A stretch of 64,000 bases of DNA from Candidatus Altimarinota bacterium (GTDB taxonomy: Bacteria; Patescibacteriota; Gracilibacteria; JBDHUY01). The notes under the pieces are model-generated. The model ran no database searches. It was not told the DNA's origin and was given only the letters and a program-made list of their open reading frames with translations. Every line of letters starts with the position of its first letter. Position 1 is the first letter of the stretch. Shown here piece by piece: positions 1-9,443 of the stretch. The DNA lies in assembly GCA_039809385.1 (NCBI GenBank), contig JBDHUY010000002.1, forward strand, positions 32,001 to 96,000, in the 5' to 3' direction. Position numbers and translations under genes: made by a program.

Positions 1-2
1 AT

Positions 3-158
3 TATGTAGAGCTTGCAAACCTGAATTTTAAAGAATTATTACTTCGCTGGAATCTATTGCAGGAGAATTCGGAGCAGATCAGGAACGCTCTTATGATGAA
101 AAGAGACGCATTTCGGGAGAAAAATAGGGAATTGGAAAATATCCTGGCTTCTTTATAA
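3..158 (+). CDS. 3' end of a gene running in from the left edge (…YVELANLNFKELLLRWNLLQENSEQIRNALMMKRDAFREKNRELENILASL*)
   Basis: Open frame from nt 3 to TAA at 156-158, amphipathic helical C-terminus; product not identifiable. Confidence 0.55.
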   Translation, partial: YVELANLNFKELLLRWNLLQENSEQIRNALMMKRDAFREKNRELENILASL

Positions 159-499
159 GTTTAAACCAATTCCATTACTAATTCCAAATCTGCATGATAG
201 CAAAATCCATTGTTACAATGATGGAAAGCCCAAATCACAACAAATGACAAAATAATACCAATATTGTCAAAAATCCCCTCTGGCTTGCCTGTCTGTTTGT
301 TGTATTGAATCTGTGTGTCGAGTATCATTGCTCGCAATAAAAATGTCCCGAACGTTTACAGATTCCGGGCGAGTTTGAACAACTTTCATCATTGCTATCT
401 GCTCTCGTAACAGTTTGATTGGGGATGTGAACTTTGTGATTTGAACGTACTTGTTCTTCACATGCCGAGCTGGAGGCTTGGAAATCGGTAGAAATTACC

Positions 500-1186
500 C
501 TATTTTTTCTTGATTTTGGCGAGTGCTTTCTGGGCGGCGGCTTCTTCGGCTTTGCGTTTGGAAGATCCTGTGCCCTTGCCTATCAAATCGTCTTTAACAT
601 AGACTCCGACGATGAAAACTTTATCGTGATCGGGGCCCTGATCCATGATGACCTTATAAGCAGGAGTGCATTTCAGATATTCCTGGGTATATTCCTGCAA
701 GGCCGATTTGGCATCGATATAGAGTTTCTTCTTGATGATAGTCTTGAGAGTAGGGAACAGGTGAGTCTGAATGAACGACTGGGCGGTTACCAGTCCCTGA
801 TCCAAAAAGATTCCGCCGATCAAGGCTTCGAATGTGTTGGCCAGAATATAATCTTTTTCCCGTCCGCCTGATTTTTCTTCACCGCGGCTGAGCTTCAGGT
901 GTGCTCCCAGATCAAGTTTTCTGGCGACTAAAGCCAGATTCTCTTTTCGTACCAGCGCCGAGCGGATACTGGTAAGTTCGCCTTCTTCGGCTTTGGGATA
1001 GGTATGAAATAAATACTCGGTTACCATTAGTTCCAGTACTGCGTCTCCCAAAAATTCTAGCCGCTCGTTATTTTGCAGATCTTTATTCCCGGCTTCGTTC
1101 AACAAAGACCGATGCGTAAAAATCTGCTCCAGGATCGCAGCCTGCTTAAAGGTGAATCCGATAGTTTTTTCAACGTCTTTTAACAT
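500..1186 (-). CDS. rnc: Ribonuclease III
   Basis: NERLEFLGDAVL signature; C-terminal dsRBD (DAKSALQEYTQ…GSSKRKAEEAAA). Confidence 0.98.
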   Translation of the reverse strand: MLKDVEKTIGFTFKQAAILEQIFTHRSLLNEAGNKDLQNNERLEFLGDAVLELMVTEYLFHTYPKAEEGELTSIRSALVRKENLALVARKLDLGAHLKLSRGEEKSGGREKDYILANTFEALIGGIFLDQGLVTAQSFIQTHLFPTLKTIIKKKLYIDAKSALQEYTQEYLKCTPAYKVIMDQGPDHDKVFIVGVYVKDDLIGKGTGSSKRKAEEAAAQKALAKIKKK

Positions 1187-1196
1187 GGGATCGTCT

Positions 1197-1634
1197 TTAC
1201 TTATTCAGAATAGTCTCTTTATGTTGCATAACCGTGTTCAATACCCCATTTACAAACTTGCCGCTGTTTTCGTTGCCGAATTTTTTGCCTAACTCGATCG
1301 CTTCGTCGATAGCTACCACGCCGGGGACCTGTGTGGCAAAGATAATCTCGTAAATACCGATCAACAAAATGACCCGGTCTACCGGATTTACTTTTTCCAG
1401 AGGCCACTCGGGCGCGTATGTAACCAGAATCTCCCGGATATGCGGCGTGTAATTCAGTATCCCGTACAGGATCTCTTCCAAAAAAGAGGGAATTGATGGT
1501 TCTTTATACAATTCACTGATATAGCTTTCGGTTTCTTGCACGACAAAATCGAGATCCTCGCTTTTGTTTTGAGCTTCGGCGGCAAACAGAATCTGAAATG
1601 CCACTTCCCGGCACAGGTGACGTGACAGGGCCAT
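1197..1634 (-). CDS. nusB: Transcription antitermination factor NusB
   Basis: SRHLCREVAFQILF, DRVIL, VAIDEAIELGKKFG…FVNGVL motifs. Confidence 0.96.
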   Translation of the reverse strand: MALSRHLCREVAFQILFAAEAQNKSEDLDFVVQETESYISELYKEPSIPSFLEEILYGILNYTPHIREILVTYAPEWPLEKVNPVDRVILLIGIYEIIFATQVPGVVAIDEAIELGKKFGNENSGKFVNGVLNTVMQHKETILNK

Positions 1635-1641
1635 ACTAAAA

Positions 1642-1881
1642 TTATGCTTTTACGGTTCGTACGGTTCGGCGCTTCGGTTGATCCATTTTGATAACTTGTC
1701 TGCCGTTGTATGTACCGCAGGTAGGGCAGGCATGATGCTGCAACTTCATCTCGCGGCACTGCGGGCAGGCGGTCAGATTGGTCATTCCGGCCAGTTGGGT
1801 TTTTACCCGGCGGGCAAAAGCTCCGTATTGCTGTTTACTGCGAATGACCGATTTTTTTTGCTTGGGTACGGGATGTTTCAT
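1642..1881 (-). CDS. rpmF: 50S ribosomal protein L32
   Basis: PVPKQKKS start, CPQC…HHACPTCGTYNGRQV zinc motif; upstream of nusB-rnc. Confidence 0.95.
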   Translation of the reverse strand: MKHPVPKQKKSVIRSKQQYGAFARRVKTQLAGMTNLTACPQCREMKLQHHACPTCGTYNGRQVIKMDQPKRRTVRTVKA

Positions 1882-1919
1882 GAAAAAACGAAGAATGAAG
1901 CGATTAAAGAAACGTTCTT

Positions 1920-1947
1920 ATTGTAGCGAGTTGTGCCAGAAAGTCAA
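1920..1947 (-). promoter_or_regulatory. Sigma70-type promoter of rpmF-nusB-rnc
   Basis: Minus strand TTGACT-16 nt-TACAAT about 40 nt upstream of rpmF. Confidence 0.65.
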
Positions 1948-2026
1948 AGAAACCGGGAAATAGTTCTATATAGCACACAAAATGAGGCGCCAAATCTTAC
2001 ATTGGACAGTGTTACAAAGCGCATAA

Positions 2027-3988
2027 TTATTTTTTCAGTTCCTCGATCTGATCCCGGATGATCGCGGCTTTTTCGAACTCCAGATTGATGGCGTACATAT
2101 CCATCTCGAGTTCCAGTTTGGCAATCATGTCGCGCTTGTCGTTGCTGGAAAGTTTCTTCTTGCTCTTGGACCGACGTTCGCTGTCTGGAACATCGCTTTT
2201 GGTCATGCCGATATCTTTGATTTTGGACACGATCGTTTTGGGCACGATGCCATGCTCTTCGTTATATTGTTCCTGAATCTTCCGGCGCCGACGGGTCTCC
2301 TGAATAGCCCGTTTCATACTGTCGGTCTCTTTGTCGGCGTAGAGCACGACCATGCCGTTGGCATTGCGCGCCGCCCGCCCGATCGTTTGGATCAGCGCCG
2401 TTTCGGAGCGCAAAAAACCTTCTTTGTCAGCATCCAGGATGAGAATGAGAGAGACTTCGGGAATATCCAGACCTTCGCGCAGCAGATTGATGCCGACCAG
2501 CACGTCGAACTTGCCCAGACGGAGGTCTTTGATAATGTCGATCCGTTCTAGCGTATCGATATCCGAATGCAGGTAGCGTACCAAGATACCCTGGTCGTTA
2601 AGATAGTCGGTCAGATCTTCGGCCGATTTTTTGGTCAGCGTCGTGATCAGTACACGTTCCTTGTTTTTCACGCGCTGCTGGATTTCGTAGAGAATATCGT
2701 CGATCTGATGCTGGGTGGGACGTACTTCAACGATCGGATCGAGCAATCCGGTCGGACGGATAATCTGCTCAGCGCGATGCTCCTGACTATGTTCGAGCTC
2801 GAATTTGGCCGGAGTAGCCGATACAAAAATGACCTGGTTCAGTTTTTTTTCGAATTCGTTAAACTGTAACGGCCGGTTGTCCAGAGCTGAGGGAAGCCGG
2901 AAGCCGTGCTCGATCAGCATGGTTTTGCGGGCCCGGTCGCCGTTATACATGCCGCCGATCTGCGGTACGGTCATGTGCGACTCGTCGATCATCATCAGAT
3001 AATCCTTGGGGAAATAATCGATCAGGGTGGTCGGTGGCTCTCCGGCTTTGCGACCATCGAAATACCGCGAATAATTTTCGATCCCGTTGACCGTTCCGGT
3101 CTCCTGCAGCAATTCCATGTCGTACTCCGTGCGCTGTTTTAGGCGGTAGGCTTCTACGATCTTTCCCATTTCGTTTAGCTGGGTGAGTCTTTCTTCCAGG
3201 TCTTTTTCAATAATGGGGACGACCGCCTTGATCTTTTCCATGGGCGTTACATAGTGTTTTGCCGGGGTCAGAATATACTCGCTTCGTTCTTCGAAAACCT
3301 CGCCCGTGATCGGATCAGCCAGAGAGATTTTTTCAATCTCGTCGTCAAACATTTCCAAGCGGACTACGAAATTTTCGGAGGCCGGATAGATTTCGATCAC
3401 GTCTCCCAGCACTTCGAACATGCCGTGTTTGAAATCCATGGTACTGCGCACATATTGCATCTCAACCAGCTTCTTAAACAGCTCCTCGCGGGGAATTTTG
3501 TTGCCGGCTTTCAGATATACGAAAAAACTTTGGTAGTCTTCGATCGGTCCCAAACCATAGATACATGACACTGAAGCCACTATAATAACATCCCGGCGGG
3601 TGAGAAGCGAAGAGGTGGCGGCGAGGCGATATTTGTCGATCTCTTCGTTGATCATGGTCTGCTTTTCGATGAAAGTATCGGTTTTTGGAATATAGGCTTC
3701 GGGCTGGTAGTAGTCGTAGTAGCTCACGAAATAGTGGACTGCATTTTTAGGAAAAAACTCTTTGAGCTCGGCAGCCAGCTGCGCGGCCAGCGTTTTGTTG
3801 TGTGAAATGACCAGAGTGGGACGCTGGATGGTCTGGATGACATTGGCCATGGTAAACGTTTTACCGCTGCCGGTAATCCCCATCAGTGTCTGGTAGGCGA
3901 CCCCGTCGGTAATTCCGCGTACCAGCTTGTCGATCGCCTGTGGCTGGTCGCCCATGGGCTTAAAAGGGGAGGTGAGTTGAAAATGCAT
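2027..3988 (-). CDS. uvrB: Excinuclease ABC subunit B
   Basis: [36 protein letters not shown]-terminal UVR domain. Confidence 0.99.
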   Translation of the reverse strand: MHFQLTSPFKPMGDQPQAIDKLVRGITDGVAYQTLMGITGSGKTFTMANVIQTIQRPTLVISHNKTLAAQLAAELKEFFPKNAVHYFVSYYDYYQPEAYIPKTDTFIEKQTMINEEIDKYRLAATSSLLTRRDVIIVASVSCIYGLGPIEDYQSFFVYLKAGNKIPREELFKKLVEMQYVRSTMDFKHGMFEVLGDVIEIYPASENFVVRLEMFDDEIEKISLADPITGEVFEERSEYILTPAKHYVTPMEKIKAVVPIIEKDLEERLTQLNEMGKIVEAYRLKQRTEYDMELLQETGTVNGIENYSRYFDGRKAGEPPTTLIDYFPKDYLMMIDESHMTVPQIGGMYNGDRARKTMLIEHGFRLPSALDNRPLQFNEFEKKLNQVIFVSATPAKFELEHSQEHRAEQIIRPTGLLDPIVEVRPTQHQIDDILYEIQQRVKNKERVLITTLTKKSAEDLTDYLNDQGILVRYLHSDIDTLERIDIIKDLRLGKFDVLVGINLLREGLDIPEVSLILILDADKEGFLRSETALIQTIGRAARNANGMVVLYADKETDSMKRAIQETRRRRKIQEQYNEEHGIVPKTIVSKIKDIGMTKSDVPDSERRSKSKKKLSSNDKRDMIAKLELEMDMYAINLEFEKAAIIRDQIEELKK

Positions 3989-4441
3989 AGCTTAAAAAAA
4001 AGCGTATAACTAAACGATTATAAACTCTTTGAATGAGAAAGCAAAAAGAAGACAGCTTACTAGCAGCTGACAGGGAAAAACCTAACAAATTGAATGAGGA
4101 TATCGGGTAATGTTTTCTACCGGGTAACGTTGGGTTTGTATCTGGAAAATGGATAAAATTATCCTGTAGCAGCGTATTCTATAGATCTGCTTGTCTGCTC
4201 ATCTAAAACTCTGTACAATGAAATCAGGAAAAGCGCTACGATTCTTGCAATCACAAGAACATTCGTTCCAGTCGGAACGAAGCGCCGGGAAAAGAAAGCT
4301 TGCCTATTGTAAGCAATTAGACTTCCCCGGAAGAACAACCTCCCGTGACGAAAAAGGGCATGAAGCGGTCCGACGAAATGTCGGACAATCAAGGTGGTAC
4401 CTTCCGCCGGATGGCGGAACCTTGAGCACAAAATATTTTTT

Positions 4442-4711
4442 ATGCTCTTTTTTGTGAAGAATAAAGTCTTTGAGATTGTTGGCTGGTGCGGATTCATAAC
4501 CGCATTGTCGGGGTTGTATTTTTTAGAATCTGACTATTGGGACGCTGTCAGTCTGGATTTTGAATATACTCTCTTGTTTCTGGGTAGCTTTGCGATGTCT
4601 ATTCCGACATTCAGACGCAAAGCATATCCCGCTGGATTATTTATGGCGGTTCTTGGGATTTATTTTCTATGGCGTGTATATATTCTATTTCTTGAGAGAG
4701 ATTTTGTGTAG
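4442..4711 (+). CDS. Small membrane protein (about 3 TM), hypothetical
   Basis: Hydrophobic segments; ATG at 4442 preferred over the GTG at 4394; stop 5 nt before acylphosphatase start. Confidence 0.6.
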   Translation: MLFFVKNKVFEIVGWCGFITALSGLYFLESDYWDAVSLDFEYTLLFLGSFAMSIPTFRRKAYPAGLFMAVLGIYFLWRVYILFLERDFV

Positions 4712-4716
4712 ATATT

Positions 4717-5004
4717 ATGAAAAACTCTTTATCTCAACTGCGTCTTTTCTTCTCGGGCTATGTGCAGGGAGTGGGTTTCCGTTCCTTCATTGCCAAGACG
4801 GTACGAAACCATCCGAATGTCTGCGGATTTACCCGGAACCTCGATGACGGCCGAGTTGAAACTGTGTTGGAAGGAGAGAAAGAGATATTGAATAAAATAT
4901 TTGAACAAATAGAAAAAGGCTGTCCCGGCTCTACCGTGGAAAACATCAAAACACTATGGGGGAAGAAGGAGCAACGGGAATTCTTTCAGTTTACAGTGTA
5001 CTGA
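4717..5004 (+). CDS. acyP: Acylphosphatase
   Basis: GYVQGVGFR and GFTRNLDDGRVE motifs. Confidence 0.93.
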   Translation: MKNSLSQLRLFFSGYVQGVGFRSFIAKTVRNHPNVCGFTRNLDDGRVETVLEGEKEILNKIFEQIEKGCPGSTVENIKTLWGKKEQREFFQFTVY

Positions 5005-5011
5005 AGGGCAA

Positions 5012-5124
5012 TTGTATCTAGTATTAAGTATCAGGTATCTTGCAATTGATTTTTCTCTGGTTTCTTGTATTTCTACCCGCTGCCCATTCATTTCTTTATA
5101 GACTTTAGGAACTTTATGGACTTT
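5012..5124. repeat. Intergenic tandem arrays: period-7 GTATCTA/GTATTAA/GTATCAG (5012-5040) and period-10 ACTTTA(T/G)(A/G)GA (5094-5124)
   Basis: ttgtatctagtattaagtatcaggtatct; ctttatagactttaggaactttatggacttt. Confidence 0.75.
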
Positions 5125-5136
5125 CACCTGTTTCCC

Positions 5137-5163
5137 GGGCAGACATATGGGTCTGCAGCTACA
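5137..5163 (-). repeat. GTAG-type REP-like palindrome
   Basis: Minus strand tGTAGctgcagac-ccatat-gtctgccc: GTAG tetranucleotide followed by a 6-bp GCAGAC/GTCTGC stem. Confidence 0.6.
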
Positions 5164-5248
5164 TTTGTCGATGCCTGAAGGATAAATGACGACCTACCCC
5201 CCTCCGCTTTACAAACTTTACGGACTTTATCATTTTATAGACTCTCCT

Positions 5249-8200
5249 ATGTTCAAACCCGTTAATCCCAAGGTCAGTTTTTCCGAAATCGAGAAAGAGA
5301 TTCTCTCATATTGGAAAAATAACCGGATTTTTGAACGTTCAATAAAACAGCGCACTCAGAAAGAGTTTACTTTTTACGACGGGCCGCCGTTTGCCACGGG
5401 ACTTCCTCACTATGGCCATTTGCTGGCCGGAACATTAAAGGATGTCATTCCGCGTTACTGGACGATGAAAGGGTATCGCGTCGAGCGTCGTTTCGGCTGG
5501 GACTGTCACGGCCTCCCGGTAGAAAACGAAAAGGAAAAAGAACTCGGGATAACCGGTAAAAAAGATATCGAAGCGATGGGGGTCGGCGCTTTTAACGAAG
5601 CCTGCCGCTCGATCGTGCAGCGCTATGCAGGTGAGTGGCGCCAGACCGTGGAACGCACGGGCCGCTGGGTCGATATGGATAACGACTACAAGACCATGGA
5701 TACCAGCTATATGGAATCGATCTGGTGGGTCTTTAAACAGTTGTGGGATAAAGGATATGTGTATGAGGGAAAGAAAGCGATGCAGATCTGTCCGCGCTGC
5801 GTGACCCCCCTATCGAACTTTGAAGTGACGCAAGGGTATAAAGATATTACCGACTGGTCAGTGATTGCTAAATTTCCTATTACAGATCCAGATTTCTTGA
5901 AAAAGTACGGGAACGGAATAAAGACCAGCTTTATCGCCTGGACCACCACACCGTGGAGTATTCCAACCACGATGGGACTGGCGATTGGTCCAGACTTTGA
6001 CTATGTGTTGGTGCGTACCGGCGAGGAACAGATTATTGTTGCCAAAAATCGTCTTGAATATGCGGTAAAATCCCTAGAAGAGGGGAGTTGGGAGGTCGTG
6101 GAAGAATTGAAAGGCAAGGAACTGACCGGTCTTGCGTACGAACATCCATATGCATTTATTTATGGACAGAACGAAGAGGTGAAGAATAATGCCAACGTTT
6201 ACAAAACCTACGCTACAGATTATGTCAGTATCGAAGACGGTACCGGTATTGTTACTATCAATGGTGCTTTCGGTGAAATCGATATGGAGGCGGCCAACCG
6301 TTTGGAATTACCGATCGTGATTAACGTCAAAATGGACGGAACGTATACTGACGACATGGGTGAACTGGCCGGGCATCACGTCAAACCCAAAGAGGATCCG
6401 ACCAAGATGGATCAGAAAATCGCCGAAGATCTTGAAAGCCGCGGGTTTCTGTTTCGCCGCGAAAAGTATTTGCACAGTTATCCGCACTGCTGGCGCTGTG
6501 ATACTCCTCTTTTAAATTACGCTACCACCAGCTGGTTTGTATCAGTGACCAAATTAAAGGAGAAGTTGTTGAAAAATAACGATAAAACATCCTGGGTGCC
6601 GGATAATATCAAGTACGGCCGTTTCGGAAAATGGCTTGAGAATGCGCGCGACTGGGCTATTTCGCGCAACCGTTACTGGGGATCGGTTATGCCGGTATGG
6701 AAATGCGATAGTTGTGAAAAAGTCGAGGTTCTCGGCAGTCTGGAGGATCTGCGTGCTAAAGTTCCGGAACGAATGACCAAGCTTATTCTGATGCGTCACG
6801 GCGAAAGCGAAACCAATGTCAAAACCGAAGTCTGGTCAAAAGACGATCGCTATCCTCTCACTGAAAATGGACAAAAAGAGATTCATACGCTTGCCGCCGA
6901 CCTGGAACACTATGATGTCATGCTTGTTTCGCCCGTACTGCGAGCCCGTCAGAGTGCCGATATTCTCAAACAAAAGTATGGTACTGATTATGCGGTCGTT
7001 GAGCAGTTACGCGAAAATAATATGGGTACGTGGGAGGGACTACCTGCGGCAGAACATCTGGAACAGCTCAAAAAATATCATGAACTGCCTTTGCAAGAAC
7101 GCTATCAAGCCCGGATGGGTGGCGGAGAGAATTGGGTCGACATTGAAGCGCGGGTCTCCGAATTTCTCAAAAACACACTCTCGCAGTATCGCGGCAAAAC
7201 CGTAGCGATCGTGACACACAAATCGATCATCGTTACGCTACACAAACAGTTAAGCGACTGGACGCTGAATCGTTTCTTTGCGATCGACGAGGGCGCCGAG
7301 TGGCTCAATAAAAGCGTTATCTATGTCGATAACGAGACCGGCAAAGAATTCGATCTGCATAAGCATGTGGTTGATGAAATCACGTTTAAATGCTCTCCCC
7401 CTGATAAGGGGGAGTTGGAGGGGGGTTCTCACTGTTCAGGTACTATGAGACGCATTCCCGAAGTGCTCGACTGCTGGTTCGAATCGGGCAGTATGCCCTA
7501 TGCTCAGGTGCATTATCCGTTTGAAAATAAAGAAAAGTTTGAACAAAACTTCCCGGCCGATTTTATCGCCGAAGGGCAGGATCAGACCCGCGGCTGGTTC
7601 TATACGCTGATGGTGCTTTCGACCGCCTTGTTTGACCAGCCGGCATTTAAAAACGTGATCGTCAATGGCGTGATCCTCGCCGAGGACGGCAAAAAGATGA
7701 GCAAGCGTCTGAAAAACTATCCCGATCCGGCCTATATGCTGGATACGTATGGTGCCGACGCGATGCGTTTTTATCTTATGAATTCTCCGGCAGTGCAGGC
7801 CCAGGATCTGCGCTTCTCCGAAAAGGGAGTGGATGAAGTTGTTAAGTCGATTCTCCTGCCGTTCTGGAATGCGTACAGCTTTTTCGTGACGTATGCGAAT
7901 ATTGACGGGTGGGATTCAAACGGTCAGCGGTCAGTAATCAGCAAGCAGCAAGGAAAGGCCGACAGCCGACAGCTGACAGCTGACAGCTATGACCCCCAAC
8001 TTTTTTCCAACAAACTTGACCAGTGGATTCTGTCCGAACTTCAGGCCACGGTGGAGCTGGTGACCCAGCGACTGGACAAGTACGATCTTTCCGGTGCGAC
8101 CGAGCCCCTGGCAGCCTTTATCGATGGACTTACCAACTGGTATATCCGTCGTTCGCGTCGGCGTTTCTGGAAATCGGAAAACGATACAGATAAAAACGAA

Positions 8201-9202
8201 GCATATACGGCACTCTACACAGTGCTGGTGACTTTTTCCCAATTATTAGCGCCATTTGTGCCGTTTATTTCCGAGGAAATCTATCGCAGTCTGACGGGCG
8301 AGGATTCGGTACATCTCACCGATTGGCCGCAAGTAAATCGAAATCTGCTGAATGTCTCTCTCAATACCGAGATCGATCTGGTGCGGACGGTGGTGACACT
8401 GGGATTGTCGTTACGGGCCAAAAACAAGGCCAAGGTGCGCCAGCCTTTGAGCAAACTACAGGTTGTGGTACCTGAACATCTTCGTGGTGTTGTAACAGCC
8501 TATCATGATGTGATTGCCGAAGAGTTGAATGTGAAAGTGGTCGACTTGTTGCACGATTCGAGCGAGATCTCGGTCAAAATGATTAAGCCGATCGGGGCGC
8601 TGGTGGGACCGAAGTTTGGCAAAGACGCTCAAGCAGTGATTACCAATGCTAAGACTGGCAACTTCCGGGAAGCAAGCGGCCAGCGGTCAGCGATCAGTGA
8701 TCAGGAGGGGCCAGAAAAATCCCCTCTTGAGAGGGGTGGCCCGGAGGGCCGGGGTGTGAGCCTCGAAGGCACGAATGATTCTTCACAAGATACTTCTCGA
8801 AATCCCGGTTTGATCGTCTTTGACGGCCAAGGCAAGGAATGGGAGCTACTATCGAATGAATATGAAGTGGTCTACTCGGGTAAGGAGGGCTTTGACGCGG
8901 CCTCGAATCAAGGCGTGGTGGTCTCTCTGGATCTGCATGTTACCGAAGAACTGCGGCTGGAAGGGCTTGCCCGCGATCTGGTGCGCGCGATTCAGGATAT
9001 GCGCAAAGAGACCAACTATCAGGTTTCCGACCGTATTCGGATTTCTTTGCAAGGAGTTGATCCGCAGGTTTTGGCTCAATTTCAGGAGTATATTGTGAGT
9101 GAGACGCTGTGTTCGAAGTTGGAAGAAAAGTTGGAGAATCCGGATCTGGAAAGGGAGATTGAGCTGGAAGGGGAGAAGGTACTGGTAGGTATAAAGCGCT
9201 AG
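5249..9202 (+). CDS. ileS: Isoleucine--tRNA ligase (type 2, eukaryote-like) with inserted histidine-phosphatase domain and three repeat-derived peptide inserts
   Basis: DGPPFATGLPHYGH, GWDCHGLP, WTTTPW, KMSKR; start at 5249 (MFKPVNPK) preferred; RHGE domain about 6773-7335. Confidence 0.97.
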   Translation: MFKPVNPKVSFSEIEKEILSYWKNNRIFERSIKQRTQKEFTFYDGPPFATGLPHYGHLLAGTLKDVIPRYWTMKGYRVERRFGWDCHGLPVENEKEKELGITGKKDIEAMGVGAFNEACRSIVQRYAGEWRQTVERTGRWVDMDNDYKTMDTSYMESIWWVFKQLWDKGYVYEGKKAMQICPRCVTPLSNFEVTQGYKDITDWSVIAKFPITDPDFLKKYGNGIKTSFIAWTTTPWSIPTTMGLAIGPDFDYVLVRTGEEQIIVAKNRLEYAVKSLEEGSWEVVEELKGKELTGLAYEHPYAFIYGQNEEVKNNANVYKTYATDYVSIEDGTGIVTINGAFGEIDMEAANRLELPIVINVKMDGTYTDDMGELAGHHVKPKEDPTKMDQKIAEDLESRGFLFRREKYLHSYPHCWRCDTPLLNYATTSWFVSVTKLKEKLLKNNDKTSWVPDNIKYGRFGKWLENARDWAISRNRYWGSVMPVWKCDSCEKVEVLGSLEDLRAKVPERMTKLILMRHGESETNVKTEVWSKDDRYPLTENGQKEIHTLAADLEHYDVMLVSPVLRARQSADILKQKYGTDYAVVEQLRENNMGTWEGLPAAEHLEQLKKYHELPLQERYQARMGGGENWVDIEARVSEFLKNTLSQYRGKTVAIVTHKSIIVTLHKQLSDWTLNRFFAIDEGAEWLNKSVIYVDNETGKEFDLHKHVVDEITFKCSPPDKGELEGGSHCSGTMRRIPEVLDCWFESGSMPYAQVHYPFENKEKFEQNFPADFIAEGQDQTRGWFYTLMVLSTALFDQPAFKNVIVNGVILAEDGKKMSKRLKNYPDPAYMLDTYGADAMRFYLMNSPAVQAQDLRFSEKGVDEVVKSILLPFWNAYSFFVTYANIDGWDSNGQRSVISKQQGKADSRQLTADSYDPQLFSNKLDQWILSELQATVELVTQRLDKYDLSGATEPLAAFIDGLTNWYIRRSRRRFWKSENDTDKNEAYTALYTVLVTFSQLLAPFVPFISEEIYRSLTGEDSVHLTDWPQVNRNLLNVSLNTEIDLVRTVVTLGLSLRAKNKAKVRQPLSKLQVVVPEHLRGVVTAYHDVIAEELNVKVVDLLHDSSEISVKMIKPIGALVGPKFGKDAQAVITNAKTGNFREASGQRSAISDQEGPEKSPLERGGPEGRGVSLEGTNDSSQDTSRNPGLIVFDGQGKEWELLSNEYEVVYSGKEGFDAASNQGVVVSLDLHVTEELRLEGLARDLVRAIQDMRKETNYQVSDRIRISLQGVDPQVLAQFQEYIVSETLCSKLEEKLENPDLEREIELEGEKVLVGIKR
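7394..7428 (+). repeat. In-frame CCCCTGATAAGGGG hairpin element in ileS (encodes SPPDKGELEGGS)
   Basis: tctccccctgataagggggagttggaggggggtt; related copies at 13451-13482 (inverted) and 24174-24223. Confidence 0.85.
7921..7990 (+). repeat. In-frame inverted pair of period-7 arrays in ileS (encodes GQRSVISKQQGKADSRQLTADSY)
   Basis: cggtcag-cggtcag-taatcag … gccgaca-gccgaca-gctgaca-gctgaca-gct; same units intergenic at 20175-20211. Confidence 0.85.
8674..8775 (+). repeat. In-frame composite element in ileS: heptamer array plus SPLERG hairpin module
   Basis: agcggccagcggtcagcgatcagtgatcag then tcccctcttgagaggggtg-gcccggagggc-cggggtgtg…ctcgaaggcacgaa; homolog in clpC at 30262-30326. Confidence 0.88.
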
Positions 9203-9443
9203 ATGGAGAATGCAGTCGTCCCGCCACGGCGGGGCGATTTGCACGAAAAAAACTTTAACTTTTTTCTGCATTGTCGGAAGTATGTTTTCAAAATACGGTT
9301 CTCCGGTTTCCTAAATTGGTATGGTCTGTCTTTTTTGCTTCGTTCTAAGAAAGAGATTTTCCATCATTCAAAAAACGCATCATTCTGATTCTCAAAAGCT
9401 AAATCCGCAAGAGATCGAGTCGGACTATACATAATTATCCCAT

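Noticed and set aside
267-461. 64-aa minus-strand ORF downstream of rnc
   Set aside because: No family resemblance; its end (DRQARGDF) derives from a repeat-like ggcaagccagaggggatttt sequence; not supported as a gene
4159-4497. Overlapping short ORFs on both strands between uvrB and the membrane protein
   Set aside because: No motifs and mutually overlapping; neither can be supported
5186-5248. N-terminal extension of ileS in the ORF track (MTTYPPPLYKLYGLYHFIDSP)
   Set aside because: It is the translation of a period-9/10 repeat array; the conserved IleRS N-terminus begins at ATG 5249
6773-7335. IleRS insert considered as an intein
   Set aside because: No Cys/Ser start, His-Asn end or homing-endonuclease motifs; it has histidine-phosphatase motifs instead
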